In this document: one piece after another, positions 62,387 to 64,000 of the stretch
How the letters are laid out: every line of letters starts with the position of its first letter
Position numbering within the stretch: position 1 is the first letter of the stretch
NCBI GenBank assembly: GCA_964016885.1
Contig: OZ024740.1
Coordinates: 149,730,001 to 149,794,000 of the forward strand
From: Eledone cirrhosa
Lineage: Eukaryota
Direction: 5' to 3'
Length of the DNA: 64,000 nucleotides
Program-made: the position numbers and the translations under genes
The notes under the pieces: generated by a model
What the model saw: the letters and a program-made list of their open reading frames with translations, nothing else
Database searches by the model: none
What the model was told of the DNA's origin: nothing

Positions 62387-64000
62387 GTTTAGAATATCAG
62401 AAGATTGGGTTGTTCGTAAAATTTGTTCGTTAACGAAAGTTGTGTTCGGAGAATGTAGTTATATTTCATATTTGAATGCTGCTTTTTTTCAAAATGTTCG
62501 TTTTTTTCTTAGGAGGTTAATTTTCGTGAATGTTTGTTGTTGATTTCGTATATCGTAGGAAAGTTGCAGCAGAAAATGTGCGTGTTCTTTTTTTTATCGA
62601 TATCAGATGGTTGATTTTGTTCGGAACGTCAGGTGTTATCTGAAATAAACTGGCCTTAACATCAGTTGGTTTGTTTCTCCAAACTACGTGGTGTCAGTAA
62701 TTCGACACAAAAAAAATGAACATCGTGTTGCCCAGGGGTCAGTATATGTGGAGACCTAACCTACTTTGCTGAGAGTTCAAATTGTAGCGACATCTTTCCA
62801 CATATACTGACCCTAAACGACACGGGGTGCTGTTTTTCTTTATCTCTGGTTGGCGCCGGTAGGCTGGAGAAACTGGCTAAAGTGGGGTTAAATGAGATAA
62901 GATTTTCTTAAAGTCATTCCCCTCTCAGTAGAGAGATTTAGCGCTTAGCAAATATAAACACTCCAGCCCGCTCGACAGGGTTGATGCTTCGATAAAGGTT
63001 GGTTCAATGCATCTGATCAGACTACTACTACATTCACTCAAACAATCCAAACAACCACAAGACACAATTCACTTGGTTCTTTGTTGTTTTCCTGTTTTAT
63101 CAACAATAGCTTCGACGTAAATTATTTCTTAATAAAAATTCTTAAAGTAGTGATTTCTGTTATTGTTCATCAGATATTATTAATGACAGTTTTACTTTCA
63201 CCCTTTTAACTTTCAACTACTGACTACGGCAACGAGTACAGTCACAAATCGCGACTTACTGAGATACATACACTCAATTAATTTGCCATAAGTCACATAT
63301 TTCCCACAGTGCTTATATGAGAGAGAGAGCCATTCACGGAATCACCCATTAAGCCAACAACATTATTAATAAAGCATCTGCCACGCCACAATGAACATAA
63401 ACCACCGAACAACAGACAAATATTTTTTCAACTTACAAAAATAAGCATTTTATATTTAACATTCACTTGTTAAAGAAAAAAATATATATGCCCCTTTATT
63501 TACAAAGCATTTTATTTACATAGTGGGTTGTGCAAATCTAAAATGAAACCCATTATCTTTCGTATTATCCTTATGTAATATCTGCAGGGTTTGTTAAATT
63601 GCGTTAAACAAAATTCATATTCCAATTTTTGCTTATTTTGATATATATTTTATGCTCTGTCAAATGGATGATTTATTGAAGGAAATAAGAAAGACATAGT
63701 TATATTTTTCAATACATTAATACAAACAATAAAAGTTTCTAGACACGAAAGTAAGAACCATGGGCAGAATGGCGAAAATTTTGATGAAAAACAAAGCGAA
63801 AAAAAAATCAAAGTTTGGTAAAATCACGATTAAAGCAGCTATATATCTAAATACTCTGATTCTTTATCAAAGACATATCAATTACTCTTTTTTGTTTGTT
63901 TCAAATTTGTTGTAGATTTTTATTTATTTATTTATTTATTTACAGCTCCAACTTTTGACTTGAGAGATATCTTTCAATGGAACTGGATTCCGAATCCACT

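Overview
AT-rich, intron-rich animal genomic DNA, most likely a coleoid cephalopod (octopod-type SINEs, RTE LINEs with (GAT)n tails, many microsatellites; the organism is an inference). Positions 1-36.6 kb hold the last 15 coding exons (447 aa, + strand, all GT-AG, phases consistent) of a long-chain acyl-CoA synthetase (ACSL1/5/6 family). The 5' exons lie upstream of the window, and three normally conserved motifs are substituted. The rest is mostly mobile DNA: a near-intact single-ORF RTE LINE (one in-frame TAG; a C4HC3 PHD-like finger inside the RT C-terminal region) plus many truncated copies, CR1-type LINEs (one nested in an RTE that itself splits a TTAA MITE), a full-length DD37D (maT) transposon, a mariner relic, hAT/piggyBac/pogo-type MITEs, a young 2.2-kb non-autonomous LTR element with a tRNA-Trp PBS, and relics of Tx1, CRE and R4/Dong-type LINEs. 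There are also several Penelope-like (GIY-YIG) fragments with inverted repeats and a set of hammerhead-ribozyme motifs. All of this was read by eye; family names and folds need computational confirmation.
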